Notes: generated from the sequence alone by a model not told the origin. A stretch of 64,000 nt of DNA from Eledone cirrhosa (GCA_964016885.1 OZ024766.1:18104001-18168000); one strand, 5' to 3'; shown: positions 26,926 to 42,169, counted from the first letter of the stretch. Program-made: numbers and translations.

Positions 26926-27306
26926 ACACACACACACACATATATATATACACACACACACACATATATATATATATACACACACACATATACACATACA
27001 CACATACATATATATATATATACATACAAAGAGAGAGAGACAGTCACACACAGACAGATAAACAGAGGCTGAGACAGACAAACACACACACACACAGACA
27101 GACAAACACACTCACACACACAGGACACACAGACAGACAAACACACACAGGACACACAGACAGAGAGAGAAAGAGAGACAAGCACATTCACACACACACA
27201 TATATATACAGACACACAGACACAAACACACACACACTCGCAGTGACACTCACAAACACACTTACACCGACACTTGTTATTAAGTTTTATAAACTAAAGT
27301 TGACAG

Positions 27307-28107
27307 ACAGCTATTAACTAGGACACACACGCACACACACAGCTATTAACTAGGACACACACGCACACACACAGCTATTAACTAGGACACACACACACGC
27401 ACACACACAGCTATTAACTAGGACACACACACACACACACACACAGCTATTAACTAGGACACACACGCACACAACACACACACACACAGCTATTAACTAG
27501 GACACACACGCACACAACACACACACACACAGCTATTAACTAGGACACACACGCACACAACACACACACACACAGCTATTAACTAGGACACACACACACA
27601 CAGCTATTAACTAGGACACTCACTCACACACACACAGCTATTAACTAGGACACACACACACAGCTATTAACTAGGACACTCAGTCACACACACACACACA
27701 GCTATTAACTAGGACACTCACTCACACACACACACACAGCTATTAACTAGGACACTCACTCACACACACACACAGCTATTAACTAGGACACACACACACA
27801 GCTATTAACTAGGACACTCACTCACACACACACACGCCCAGCCGGACAGCTATTAACTAGGACACACACACACAGCTATTAACTAGGACACACACACACA
27901 CACACACACACAGCTATTAACTAGGACACACACACACAGCTATTAACTAGGACACACACACACACACACACACACAGCTATTAACTAGGACACACACACA
28001 CAGCTATTAACTAGGACACACACACACAGCTATTAACTAGGACACACACACACACACACACACACAGCTATTAACTAGGACACACACACACAGCTATTAA
28101 CTAGGGG

Positions 28108-28138
<31 letters not shown>

Positions 28139-28394
28139 GCCGGACAGCTATTAAATAGGACTCTCACACACACACACAGCTATTAACAAGGACGGACACA
28201 CATACACACACACACAGCCAGACAGCTATTAACTAGGTCTCACTCACACACACACACACACCCACACAGCTGGACAGCTATTAACTAGGACGGACACACA
28301 TACACACACACACACACACAGTGGACAGCTATTAACTCGGACACTCACTCACTCACACACACACAGCCAGTCAGACAGCTATTAAATAGCACTC

Positions 28395-28427
<33 letters not shown>

Positions 28428-28495
28428 GCCAGCCAAACAGCTATTAACTAGGACGGACACACATACACACACCCACACAGCTAGCAACTAGGACT
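27307..28495. repeat. Compound repeat: constant 16-mer cagctattaactagga separated by variable (CA)n spacers (~30 copies)
   Basis: Direct inspection. Confidence 0.9.
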
Positions 28496-28611
28496 CACTC
28501 ACACACAACCTGGACACATACAAAGACAACAGTTGGAAGTAGACACACAGAAACAAACAGCTTCCAGTCAACTCCGTAAGTCTAATTGACAATTTATAAT
28601 TATTTTCATCT

Positions 28612-29840
28612 GCCTGGTGGCCATTGCGGAAGAGATTGTGTGGTGGACGAAGTTGAAAGGGTTAAAGACGGACATTTTCCTCTTCGGCGAATTCCCTAAT
28701 TAACTTTTTCAAGTTTCACTTGAAGAGGAAAATCAGGGTGGAGAGGCAAGTGCTGTCTTCTAGTAAGTTTGTTGAAAGGTGGGTGAATGTAGCGAGAATG
28801 GTCTGAGTGAAAGGGACCGCTCTGAATATACGTCTGTAGTTTGAGAAACGGAAAAATTGAGAGAGGGGCGCTTGCCCTGGAGAGGCAAGTTTGTTGAAAG
28901 GTGGGTGAATGTAGCGAGAATGGTCTGAGTGAAAGGGACCGCTCTGAATATACGTCTGTAGTTTGAGAAACGGAAAAATTGAGAGAGGGGCGCTTGCCCT
29001 GGAGAGGCAAGTTTGTTGAAAGGTGGGTGAATGTAGCGAGAATGGTCTGAGTGAAAGGGACCGCTCTGAATATACGTCTGTAGCTTGAGAAATGGAAAAA
29101 TTTGAGAGAGGGCAGGGGCGCTTGCCCTGGAGAGGCAAGTGCTGCCCTCTAGCAAGTTTGTTGAAAGGTGGGTGAATGTAGCGAGAATGGTCTGAGTGAA
29201 AGGGACCGCTCTGAATATACGTCTGTAGTTTGAGAAATGGAAAAATTGAGAGAGGGCAGGGGCGCTTGCCCTGGAGAGGCAAGTGCTGCCCTCTAGCAAG
29301 TTTGTTGAAAGGTGGGTGAATGTAGCGAGAATGGTCTGAGTGAAAGGGACCGCTCTGAATATACGTCAGTAGTTTGAGAAATGGAAAAATTTGAGAGAGG
29401 GCAGGGCGCTTGCCCTGGAGAGGCAAGTGCTGCCCTCTAGCAAGTTTGTTGAAAGGTGGGTGAATGTAGCGAGAATGGTCTGAGTGAAAGGGACCACTCT
29501 GAATATACGTCTGTAGTTTGAGGAATGGGGGAAAAAATTGAGAGAGGGTGCTTGCTCTGGTGGTCAGGGTGGTCATCGTCTTTTGTGTGGTTTTCGCCAC
29601 GAGTAACCCTCGGAGGTTTCCCCCCCTATTGGTGAATTTTTCATTGTTTCAATTTTCATTTTTATTGTTTATATATATATATATATATGTATATGTTTCT
29701 ATGTTTTTTTTTTTCTTTTCTTATATAAATATAAAACTCTTTACACGCACAAAACCCACATCGTACTGTCCTGTACCGTCCTGTACCGTCTCTAATGTTT
29801 TTCTTGATGTCAGCCCTTGTGGCAAATAAAGAAAGCATTA
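28612..29840 (+). mobile_element. L1/Tx1-like LINE 3' end with six tandem 121-145 bp internal duplications
   Basis: Reads KVRVERQVLSSSKFVERWVNVARMV, homologous to the 10729(-) ORF end. Ends ccttgtggcaaataaagaa. Confidence 0.7.
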
Positions 29841-29859
29841 TTAATATTATTATTATTTG

Positions 29860-29995
29860 ACCTCAGATCCTGTATGATCTGAGTTCAAATCCCGCCGAGG
29901 TTGACTTTGCCTTTCATCCTTACGGGGTCGATAAAATAAAGTACCAGTAATACACTGGGTAATTGTTGGCCTTGTGCCTAAAGTAGAAACAATTA
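29860..29995 (+). mobile_element. SINE, second family (B box plus Meta-like domain)
   Basis: gagttcaaatcccgccgaggttgactttgcctttcatccttacggggtcgataaaataaagtaccag. Related copies at 45352-45470(-) and 51052-51160. Confidence 0.75.
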
Positions 29996-30096
29996 TATGC
30001 TTTATATATATTTTATACTTTATATATATTATATACTTTATATATATTATATACATTATATACTTTATAACTTTATATATATTATATACCTTATAT

Positions 30097-30220
30097 GTGA
30101 AGGCGTGTGGCTGAGTGGTTAAGGAATTGGATTCGCAATCGTAAGGTTGTGAGTTCGATTCCTGGACCAGGCGTTGCGTTATGTCCTTGAGCAAGACACT
30201 TTATTTCACGTTGCTCCTTC
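30097..30220 (+). mobile_element. tRNA-derived CORE-type SINE, related subfamily
   Basis: A box tggctgagtgg, B box gagttcgattcc, core ccttgagcaagacacttt. Confidence 0.8.
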
Positions 30221-30319
30221 TACCTGGAGTTGCGACCGATAGATAGTATTAGCAATTGGAAAGACCAACGGAAACATTGTTCCCTCGGTCCGATTTGACG
30301 AAAGTCGATCGTTCCTCAT

Positions 30320-31100
30320 ACCTTATATACTGTATATACTTTATATATATTATATACATTATATACTTTATATATATTATATACATTATATACTTTATAT
30401 ATATTATATACATTATATACTTTATATACTGTATATACTTTATATACATTATATACTTTATATATATTATATACCTTATCTACTTTATATACTGTATATA
30501 CTTTATATACATTATATACTTTATATATATTATATACCTTATATTCTGTATATACTTTATATATATTATATACCTTATATACTGTATATACTTTATATTA
30601 TATACTTTATATATTATATACCTTATCTACTTTATATACTCTATATATATTATATACATTATATACTTTATATATATTATATATCTTATATACTTTATAT
30701 ATATTATATACCTTATCTACTTTATATATATTATATACTTTATATATATTATATACTCTATATACATTATATACTCTATATAAATTATATACATTATATA
30801 CTTTATATACTTTATATATATTATATACCTTATCTACTTTATATACTTTATATATATTATATACATTATATACTTTATATATATTATATACCTTATATAC
30901 TGTATATACTTTATATACTGTATATACTTTATATATATTATATACCTTATCTACTTTATATACTTTATATATATTATATACTTTATATATATTATATACT
31001 TTATATATATTATATACTTTATATATATTATATACTCTATATACGTTAGATACTCTATATATTATATACATTATATACTTTATATACATTATATACTTTA
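30320..31100. repeat. AT-rich degenerate minisatellite (tatatacttta-type, ~9-bp basis)
   Basis: Direct inspection. Confidence 0.9.
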
Positions 31101-31314
31101 TAAAACTCTTTTTTTATAAAGAATTGTCCCTCCCATCTTTTCAACAATGTCACTTTGATGAATCAAAGAAAGGAAAAAGAGAAAAACAGACCCTAAAATA
31201 TATTTTAGGGTCTGTTTCCAACTTCACCTTCTCTCTATATCTACTCCTTTGTATAGAACCTTACTTCCCTTTTCTAATATATATATATATATATTTATTA
31301 AAATAACAGATTAA

Positions 31315-31365
31315 AGTTTAAGCAAAGAATCGCTGCTTTCACCCTTAACGGGATCTTCTGAAACT
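31315..31365 (-). ncRNA. Hammerhead-like motif with variant core CAGAAGA (second copy)
   Basis: Reverse complement of 22871-22921. Confidence 0.6.
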
Positions 31366-31418
31366 AACCTTATCGAGCCCTCTTTGGATTTTAGTCTTCA
31401 AATTTATTATTATTACTA

Positions 31419-31469
<51 letters not shown>

Positions 31470-31478
31470 ATATATATA

Positions 31479-31813
31479 TGGAGGCACATGGCTTAGTGGT
31501 TAGAGCATTGGCCTTGCAATCGAAAGGTTGTGAGTTCAATTCTCAGACCGGGTGATGTGTTGTTTCCTTGAGCAAGACACTTTATTTCACATTGCTCCAG
31601 TTTACTCAGCTGTAGAAATGAGATGATAGGGACTGGGGTCCATATCATTCCACTGTAAAGTGGTCGTGGAGGTGCCACGGCAAAAAAGCACCCAGCCCAC
31701 ACTGTAAATGAGGTTGGTGTTAGGAAGGGCATCCAGCTGTAGAAATCAAGCCAGAATCAGTTCCCGTCCCAACCTTGCAAGCAGGGAAAAGCGGACGTAA
31801 AATGAAATGATGA
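31479..31813 (+). mobile_element. Full-length tRNA-derived CORE-type SINE (reference copy, one 49-bp module)
   Basis: A box tggcttagtgg, B box gagttcaattc, MIR-core-like ccttgagcaagacacttt...cagtttactcagctgtagaaatgagatga, and a tail shared with the RTE LINE at 59140-59197. Confidence 0.9.
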
Positions 31814-31833
31814 TATACACATACACACACATA

Positions 31834-31866
<33 letters not shown>

Positions 31867-31989
31867 GTGCCTGCCAGCTGAGTGGTAAAGAAACAACACT
31901 TAAACTTGCCAGATGTTCTGTGGGATAAGAACTTAAATTATTAACTGTTTATGCAAGTAAAACTCTTTCTCTCTATATATATATATATA

Positions 31990-32226
31990 CACATGGCTTA
32001 ATGGTTAGAGCATTGGCCTTGCAATCGAAAGGTTGTGAGTTCAATTCTTTGCAGTGGAATGATAGGGACCCCAGTCCCTATCATATCATTTCTACAGCTG
32101 AGTAAACTGGAGCAATGTGAAATAAAGTGTCTTGCTCAAGGAAACAACACATCACCCGGTCTGAGAATTGAACTCACAACCTTTCGATTGCAAGGCCAAT
32201 GCTCTAACCACTAAGCCATGTGCCTC
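31990..32226. mobile_element. Two SINE heads in inverted orientation
   Basis: 31990-32048 (+) head fragment fused to 32050-32226 (-) head and core. Confidence 0.8.
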
Positions 32227-32229
32227 ATT

Positions 32230-34140
32230 ACACACCACCACTCTATATCAAACCTCATTACACAATACCACACCACCACCACGCCACCACTCTATATCAT
32301 ACCTCATTACACAATACCACACCACACCACACCACCAACAGCCTTCATAACAATGCCGCCAGACAGACACACCCCCATTAGACATTCCATCACACTCACA
32401 CACTCTCAACTTCCTCCACAAACACCACACCACACCACCACAACAGCCTTCATAACAATACCACCGCACCATACCAGACACACCATTAGACATTCCATCA
32501 CACTCTCAACTTCCACCACACCACTACACCACCACACCATACCACCACACCACACCACCACCACACCACAACACCACCAACAGCCTTCATAACAATACCA
32601 CCACACCACACCACTCCACCATACCACCACCACCACCACCACCACTACACCACAACAGCCTTCATAACAATACCACCACACCACACCACCACCACACCAC
32701 CACCACACCACACCACTACACCACCACAACAGCCTTCATAACAATACCACCACACTATACCACCACACCACTCCACCACTCCACCACACCAGACACACCA
32801 TTAGACATTCCATCACACTCACACACTCTCAACTTCCTCCACAAACACTACACCACACCACCACACCACTACACCACCACACCACCACACTCCACCACAC
32901 CACTACTACACCACACTACACCACTCCACCACACCACACCACCATACCACTACACCACCACACCACTCCACCACACCAGACACACCATTAGACATTCCAT
33001 CACACTCACACACTCTCAACTTCCTCCACAAACACTACACCACTCCACCACACCACCACTACACCACACCACCACACCACCACACCACACCACCACACTC
33101 CACAACCACACCACACCACTACACCACCACACTCCACAAACACTACACCACACCACCACACCACACCACCATACCACCACCACCACCACACCACCACCAC
33201 CACACCACACCACTACACCACCACACTCCACAAACACTACACCACACCACTACACCACCACACCACACCACTACACCACCACACCACCACTACACCACAC
33301 CACCATACCACCACCACCACACCACCACACTCCACCACACCACTACACCACCACACTCCACAAACACTACACCACACCACACCACCATACCACCACCACC
33401 ACACCACTACACCACTACACTCCACAAACACTACACCACACCACTACACCACCACACCACACCACCATACCACCACCACCACACCACCACACTCCACCAC
33501 ACCACACCACCACACCACTCCACCACACCAGACACACCACCATTAGACATTCCATCACACTCACACACTCTCAACTTCCTCCACAAACACTACACCACTC
33601 CACCACACCACCACCACACCACTACACCACCACAACAGCCTTCATAACAATACCACCACACCATACCACTCCACCACTACACCACCACACCACTCCACCA
33701 CACCACACTCCACCATTAGACATTCCATTACACTCACACACTCTCAACTTCCTCCACAAACACTACACCACACCACTACCACCACACCACCACACCACTC
33801 CACCACACCACTCCACACCAACTCCACCACACCACCACACCACTCCACCACACCACTCCACACCACACCAACTCCACCACCACACCACACCACCATTAGA
33901 CATTCCATCACACTCACACACTCTCAACTTCCTCCACAAACACTACACCACACCACAACACCACACCACCACCACACCACTCCACCACACCACTCCACAC
34001 CACACCACTCCACCACTCCACCACACCACCACACCACTCCACCACACCAGACACACCATTAGACATTCCATCACACTCTCAACTTCCTCCACAAACACTA
34101 CACCACACCACCACACCACCACCACACCACACCTCCACAA
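32230..34140. repeat. CAC/CCA-rich low-complexity array with recurring motif ccattagacattccatcacactcacacactctcaacttcctccacaaacac
   Basis: The motif recurs about 8 times within (CAC)n sequence. Confidence 0.85.
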
Positions 34141-34353
34141 ACCCTATCAAGTTTCCTTCCCCACAAGAAGTCTTTTTATGGAAAATTCCTTCCTCCTTCC
34201 TCATCAGTAGCCTACAAAAATCCTTCCTCTTCCTTCTTTCCTGGTTTTTTTTTCCTTTGATTTCGAACATTCAGGAATTTCAAGGGTTTTTGCGGGGTTT
34301 TGCAGGGTTTGGGGGTGTTTAAAAATATCTACCTGCCTGTCTTATGTCTGTTT

Positions 34354-34422
<69 letters not shown>

Positions 34423-34496
34423 TCTCTCTCTTTGTCTAGCTCTATGTCTGTCTGTCTCTATCTATCTATCTACACATCTCTCCCTCTTTCTATCTA

Positions 34497-34894
34497 TCTA
34501 TCGGCCAACAACTGATTCTTTTTTTCAAATACCACTTTGGAAGAAGAGTCAGGATGGAGAGAGAGGTGCTGTACCCCAGCAAGTTTTATGAAAGGTGGGT
34601 GAAAGTGGCGAGAATGGCCCGAGTGAATGGGCCTTCTCTCTATATCAGCCTGTAGGTTGAGGAAAAGGAGGAGGAGAGGAAAGGAGTACAAGCTCTTCGT
34701 ACTCCTGGAGATGAGGGTTGCACATTTTTTTCGGGGGTCTGTGTTACCCATATAAACTGTCTCCCTCTATTGGGGAAAATCGACTAACTTTTAAATTCCA
34801 TCTGTGATAACATTTTACACGTTTTTATTGTATGTAAACTTCCCCCTTTGTATTTGTCCCCTTCTTTTGTGCCCCTGTGGCTAATAAAGAAATA

Positions 34895-34935
<41 letters not shown>

Positions 34936-35135
34936 CTTCGTACTCCTGGAGATGAGGGTTGCACATTTTTTTCGGGGGTATGTGTTACCCATATGTAATG
35001 TCTCCCCCTATTGGGGAAAATCCTAATTTTTTAAATTGCATTTGTGATAACATTTTACACGTTTTTATTGTATGTAAACTTCCCCCTTTGTATTTGTCCC
35101 CCTGTGGCTAATAAAGAAACATATCTATCTATCTC
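34497..35135 (+). mobile_element. L1/Tx1-like LINE 3' end plus tandem second 3' UTR, with (ATCT)n flanks and tails
   Basis: Reads FFKYHFGRRVRMEREVL, homologous to the 10729(-) ORF. The 3' UTR is duplicated at 34935-35135. Confidence 0.75.
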
Positions 35136-35204
35136 TATATACAGGGTGCGGACGATATTTGTTCGCAAGATTACTGTCTAGGAAAAAATAACACAGTAGT
35201 TTTA

Positions 35205-36170
35205 CACCTCCCCAAGACAATGACACTGGACCGAGATCTCTGGTGCTACGCAGTAATACAGAAGACCCGCCTTACCTAAGTACAAAGCGAAACCTACTAC
35301 AGTCAGTAGGCACCTCTTAACAAAAATACACCCCTGTCCCACTACCCCCACCCCATCCACACCACCCCTTTCAATGTAAAGTTATGTTGGTACCACAACA
35401 TCCAGTCCTAAATATATGAGGTCGTGTAGGTGTCACGACAAAAAAAACACACAGTCCACGCTGTAATGTGGCCGTGTAGGTAACACGGTAAAAACCTCCC
35501 AGTCCACACTGTAGACGTGGTTGGTATTAGGAAGGGCACCCAGCCGTAGAAAACCCGCCAGACGTGTAGGTGTCACGACAAAAAAACACACAGTCCACGC
35601 TGTAATGTGGCCATGTAGGTAACACGGTAAAAACCTCCCAGTCCACACTGTAAATGTGGTTGGTGTTAGGAAGGGCATCCAGCCGTAGAAAACCCCCCAG
35701 ACGTGTAGGTGTCACGACAATAAAACACAGTCCACGCTGTAATGTGGCCATGTTGGTAACACGGTAAAAACCTCCTAGTCCACACTGTAAACGTGGTTGG
35801 TGTTAGGAAGGGCATCCAGCTGTAGAAAACCCGCCAGACAGTCCACGCTGTAATGTGGCCGTGTAGGCAACACGGCAAAAACCTCCCAGTTCCACACTGT
35901 AAACGTGGTTGGTGTTAGGAAGGGCATCCAGCCGTAGAAAACCCGCCAGACAGTCCACGCTGTAATGTGGCCGTGTAGGCAACACGGCAAAAACCTCCCA
36001 GTTCCACACTGTAAACGTGGTTGGTGTTAGGAAGGGCATCCAGCCATAGAAAACCCGCCAGACAGTCCTATACGAGCAGGACAACCACTCTTGCCTCAAG
36101 TGGGAAAACTCCCGTCCAAACCCATGTAAGCGTGGAAGATGGACGTTAAACGATGATGATGATGATGATA
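35205..36170 (+). mobile_element. RTE-LINE 3' end with tandemly duplicated 3' UTR modules
   Basis: Matches 53505-53970, (GAT)n tail. Confidence 0.85.
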
Positions 36171-36304
36171 TATACAAACATATCTTGTATATATATATGT
36201 GTGTGTGTATATGTTCTTCTATCTGTTGGGATGCAACCAAACCAGTTGCCTTTTTTTGAAAATAATTGTATCTCACTGACTCACTCTATATATATATATG
36301 TATG

Positions 36305-36335
<31 letters not shown>

Positions 36336-36600
36336 TTCTATCTATCTCTCTCTCTCTTACTAACCAAGAAAATACCTTTTAAGGAAATCAGGAAAATCTA
36401 ACTGCTGTCTGTTGTATATATATATATATATAATGTATATAATGTATATAATGTATGTAAGCTATTTTACTTTCCAAATTCTTGTATACACCTACAGACA
36501 TGTATATATATACATACATACTTACATATATATATATATATACATAGCGGCGATGAATTAGTTTTGCGAGGTTTTTTATATGAAATTGTGTGTCGAAACA

Positions 36601-36631
<31 letters not shown>

Positions 36632-36738
36632 GTATATATATGTACACATATATATATATATGTGTGTGTATATATATATATGTGTATATATATATATATG
36701 TGTATATATATATGTGTATATATATATGTGTATATATA

Positions 36739-36789
<51 letters not shown>

Positions 36790-36974
36790 CTATATATATA
36801 TATGTGTGTGTATATATATATATGTATATATATATATGTATATATATATGTATATATGTATATATATGTATATATGTATATATATGTATATATGTATATA
36901 TATGTATATATATATGTATATATATATATATGTATATATATATATGTGTGTGTGTATATATATATATGTGTGTG

Positions 36975-37055
<81 letters not shown>

Positions 37056-37212
37056 GTGTATATATATATGTATATATATATATGTGTATATGTATATGTG
37101 TATATATATATGTATATATATATATGTGTATATGTATATGTGTATATATATATGTGTATATATATATATATATGTATATATATGTGTATGTATATATGTG
37201 TATATATATATG

Positions 37213-37243
<31 letters not shown>

Positions 37244-37258
37244 GTGTATATATATATG

Positions 37259-37291
<33 letters not shown>

Positions 37292-37583
37292 GTATATATG
37301 TATTATATATATATATATACACACATGTATGTATGTAGGTGTATACAAGAATTTGCAAGTTACTATATTTACCAGAAAACTAAAACAGAGAATGTAATGT
37401 TTACAAAATCTAGGTGTGTATATATATATATATATATATAGCGTGTGTGTATATATATATATAGAGAGAGAGAGATAAACAGACACACGCATAAATATAT
37501 ATATATACACTATATAGACACAGTTCAAAACATGTTGGCATGAAAAAGCATCCTTTAAAATGACCCCTGGCACCTTTTGTATA

Positions 37584-37622
<39 letters not shown>

Positions 37623-37649
37623 GTGTGTGTATATATATATATATACACA

Positions 37650-37684
<35 letters not shown>

Positions 37685-37716
37685 GCGTGTGTGTATATAT
37701 ATATATATACACACAC

Positions 37717-37789
<73 letters not shown>

Positions 37790-37818
37790 GTGTGTGTGTA
37801 TATATATATATATACACA

Positions 37819-37858
<40 letters not shown>

Positions 37859-38521
37859 TATATATATATATATATATACACACACTATATATATATATAT
37901 ATATACACACACTATATATATATATATATATACACACACTATATATATATATATATATACACACACTATATATATATATATATACACACTATATATATAT
38001 ATATATATATACACACTATATATATATATATATATATACACACACTATATATATATATATATATATACACACTATATATATATATATATATATACACACT
38101 ATATATATATATATATATACACACTATATATAGTGTGTATATATATATATATATACACTCCTATGTAGGAAGCTATGTAAATAAACACCCAGTCAGTCTG
38201 TCTATCTGCCCCTCCATCCCCCCCACACACACACACACCCCGGGGGGGGGGGGGCAGAGTAAGTATGTCTTCCGCATACAGTATAGGCATGTATGATGTT
38301 AGTAAGAATGGCTGGGAGGGGTTGGACTGAAGTTGTGGCGGGGTGGGGTAGGGCGATCTTGGTGGGGGGGGGAGCGAGGCGTTGGAGGGGGGGGAGCAAC
38401 TCACGTAATTGGTGATGGGGGGGGGGGGGGCTTGACTGCTGGCTGATGTATATGCGTGTGTATGTATGTAGGTATATATGTGTGTATATATGAGTTTGTG
38501 TATATATAAATATATATATAT

Positions 38522-39120
38522 ATGGTGGCTGCCAACTCGTTTTCGAGTACGGCCACTACTTTATATCCATGTAGGAGAACCCCTACCAATGCGCTGAACG
38601 AGTGTGACTTTTGAGTCCAGCCAGTGACTTGAAAACTCTGGTACAAACACTACACCTGTGACAATTATTGACACATAGTGCTGGGCCCATGGTACCATGT
38701 GACGACAAGTGCAGAGAGATCTCCAGATATAAAGCAATGCCTGTGCCGTGAAGCTTTTATAGTGAGCAAAGGCACTGCACAAAGCCAGTCCCACTCTCTT
38801 AACCAAGATGATATTTACCAAAAAGAAGAACAAGTCAACATCATTGGATACCATCAGGGTTGCAGGTGTTATATCAGAGTCTTCCTTCTCCTAGAATTCT
38901 GCCTTGACAAAGGCTAAGGGGTCATCTCTCCGGTGATTTTGGATGGCCATTGACTCTTAAAAGCTCCTTTGCCCTTTGACAGGTTTTGTTTTTAGTCCTG
39001 CAGGATGTCCAAAGTCACCCTCCTCACCAAGAAACCTTGGTGGGGTTGCCAGTTTAGTCGCCAACGACCCGACCATGAGACAGGTTGTACTGGGGTACAT
39101 GTTACCAGTAGCACCAACTA
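38522..39120 (+). mobile_element. Unclassified ~600-bp interspersed repeat
   Basis: Near-identical copies at 61711-62320 and 63753-64000, and fragments at 63406-63657. Confidence 0.8.
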
Positions 39121-39133
39121 TGTGTGTATCTAT

Positions 39134-39465
39134 CTAAGGCGGGTAAAATTCCCGAGATCCATGGACGAGTTCTCTCCAGCGGTCTCTGTCCCTTATTATC
39201 GCTGCCATATCCTGCATCTCCAACAGACCAGTGTCTGTCCTTAGGGCATCAACATATGTTAACCTTGGTCTTCCTCTTCTAGTGTGTCCATGTAGGGGTT
39301 CCCACAGGAGCACTAAGTGCAGTGTCAACTCTGGATGTTGGTGAGCATGTCCAGCTAACCTCAGTCTCCTCTGTGTCACTTTTAAGCTGACTTTTGGGAT
39401 GCTCCCATACAGCTCTGAGTTTTTCATCCTCAGTGTATACTGATTAATGTTCAGAGCCATCCTCA
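39134..39465 (-). mobile_element. LINE ORF2 3' end (RTE-like, RLRLAGH family), single-unit copy
   Basis: ORF ...VTQRRLRLAGHAHQHPE...GRPRLTYVDALRTDTG...DRDRWRELV. Confidence 0.85.
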
Positions 39466-40590
39466 TATATATATACACACAAACTCATATATATACACAC
39501 AAACTCATATATATACACACATCCTCATATATATATACACACAAACTCATATATATACACACATCCTCATATATATATACACACAAACTCATATATATAC
39601 ACACATCCTCATATATATATACACACAAACTCATATATATACACACATCCTCATATATATATACACACATCCTCATATATATATACACACATCCTCATAT
39701 ATATATACACACAAACTCATATATATACACACATCCTCATATATATATACACACAAACTCATATATATACACACATCCTCATATATATATACACACAAAC
39801 TCATATATATATACACACATCCTCATATATATATACACACAAACTCATATATATACACACATCCTCATATATATATACACACAAACTCATATATATACAC
39901 ACATCCTCATATATATATACACACAAACTCATATATATACACACATCCTCATATATATATACACACAAACTCATATATATACACACATCCTCATATATAT
40001 ATACACACAAACTCATATATATACACACATCCTCATATATATATACACACATCCTCATATATATATACACACAAACTCATATATATACACACATCCTCAT
40101 ATATATATACACACAAACTCATATATACATAACTACATACACATATATATATACACACATCCTCATATATATATACACACAAACTCATATATATATACAC
40201 ACATCCTCATATATATATACACACAAACTCATATATATACACACATCCTCATATATATATATACACACAAACTCATATATATACACACATCCTCATATAT
40301 ATATACACACAAACTCATATATATACACACATCCTCATATATATATACACACAAACTCATATATATACACACATCCTCATATATATATACACACAAACTC
40401 ATATATATACACACATCCTCATATATATATACACACAAACTCATATATATACACACATCCTCATATATATATACACACATCCTCATATATATATACACAC
40501 AAACTCATATATATATACACACAAACTCATATATATACACACATCCTCATATATATATACACACAAACTCATATATACATAACTACATAC
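39460..40590. repeat. ~20/42-bp minisatellite (cacacaaactcatatatata / cacacatcctcatatatatata)
   Basis: Direct inspection. Confidence 0.9.
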
Positions 40591-40892
40591 ACACTTGTAT
40601 ATATACTCCAAATGTGCAACGAAAGAACTTTGTTAGACTATATATATGTGTTTGTGTCTATATTGTATCTGTATTTTTGACCGTTGGTCAGTCAATGGCA
40701 ACATTGAGGACCGAATAAATTAAAATAAATTAAATTAACCGATATAAAAGACATAGAAGTGAAAACCAACCAAACACTGAGTGTGTTCTGTTATTATTTC
40801 TGGCAATATTATTACAACAATATGACCCTCCCCAAGTATAACAATATTTGTTTCGACACACGATTTCATATCAAAAACCTTGCAAAACTAAT

Positions 40893-41632
40893 ATCATCAT
40901 CATCATCATCATCATCATTTTACGTCCGCTTTTCCCTGCTTGCAAGGGTGGGACAGGAACTGATTCTGGCTTGATTTCTACAGCTGGATGCTCTTCCTAA
41001 CACCAACCTCATTTACAGTGAGTGCTGGGTGCTTTTTGGCGTGGCACCTCCACGACCACTTTACAGTGAGTGCTGGGTGCTTTTTTGTCGTGGCACCTCC
41101 ACGACTACTTTACAGTGAGTGCTGGGTGCTTTTTTGCCATGGCACCTCCACGACCACTTTACAGTGAGTGCTGGGTGCTTTTTTGCTGTGGCACCTCCAC
41201 GACCACTTTACAGTGAGTGCTGGGTGCTTTTTTGCCATGGCACCTCCACGACCACTTTACAGTGAGTGCTGGGTGCTTTTTTGCTGTGGCACCTACACGA
41301 CCACTTTACAGTGAGTGCTGGGTGCTTTTTTGCTGTGGCACCTCCACGACCACTTTACAGTGAGTGCTGGGTGCTTTTTTGCTGTGGCACCTACACGACC
41401 ACTTTACAGTGAGTGCTGGGTGCTTTTTTGCCGTGGCACCTCCACGACCACTTTACAGTGGAATGATAGGGACCCCAGTCCCTATCATCTCATTTCTACA
41501 GCTGAGTAAACTGGAGCAATGTGAAATAAAGTGTCTTGCTCAAGGAAACAACACACCACCCGGTCTGAGAATTGAACTCACAACCTTTCGATTGCAAGGC
41601 CAATGCTCTAACCACTAAGCCATGTGCTTCCC
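40893..41632 (-). mobile_element. Full CORE-type SINE with 9 internal 49-bp repeats
   Basis: Same family as 31479-31813. Confidence 0.9.
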
Positions 41633-41636
41633 CATA

Positions 41637-41680
<44 letters not shown>

Positions 41681-41767
41681 TTACAATTCCTGTTACTTTA
41701 TATATCATATATTATATATTTCAGCAGTTAAACTTGTCCAGTATCCAGCTGTACCTAGGTATCAAAC

Positions 41768-41882
41768 ATGCCTTTCAAAGCCCCAGAGAGACACAACTGC
41801 CCAGTCTGTGGCAAAGCTGTTTATGCTGCAGAGGAGAAGATTGCTGGTGGAAACAAATTCCATAAGATGTGCTTCAAATGTT
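41768..41882 (+). CDS. CSRP: Cysteine- and glycine-rich protein / muscle LIM protein, coding exon 1
   Basis: [38 protein letters not shown]. Acceptor tttcag at ~41724, donor GTGAGT at 41883, phase 1. Confidence 0.95.
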
Positions 41883-42025
41883 GTGAGTATTCCTCTGTTT
41901 GGCTGGTTGTGGTTTTACAGAGAGGATCGTGGCGTATTTCTGTTTTTCTTTGTATATTTATATACATATATATGTATACACACATATATATATATGTATA
42001 TAAATATATATATATATGTATATGA

Positions 42026-42084
<59 letters not shown>

Positions 42085-42102
42085 TATATATATATATGTA
42101 TA

Positions 42103-42139
<37 letters not shown>

Positions 42140-42169
42140 GTATATATATCTATATATATATATATATAC

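Noticed and set aside
28140-28392. MEF2 sites (ctattaaatag)
   Set aside because: Five A/T bases between CTA and TAG rather than four, so it does not match YTA(A/T)4TAR.
27307-28495. CRISPR-like repeat-spacer pattern
   Set aside because: Spacers are just (CA)n, the repeat is 16 bp, there are no cas genes, and the context is eukaryotic.
31479-31552. tRNA gene
   Set aside because: A and B boxes are present but the acceptor and anticodon stems do not pair properly, and it continues into SINE core and tail in many copies.
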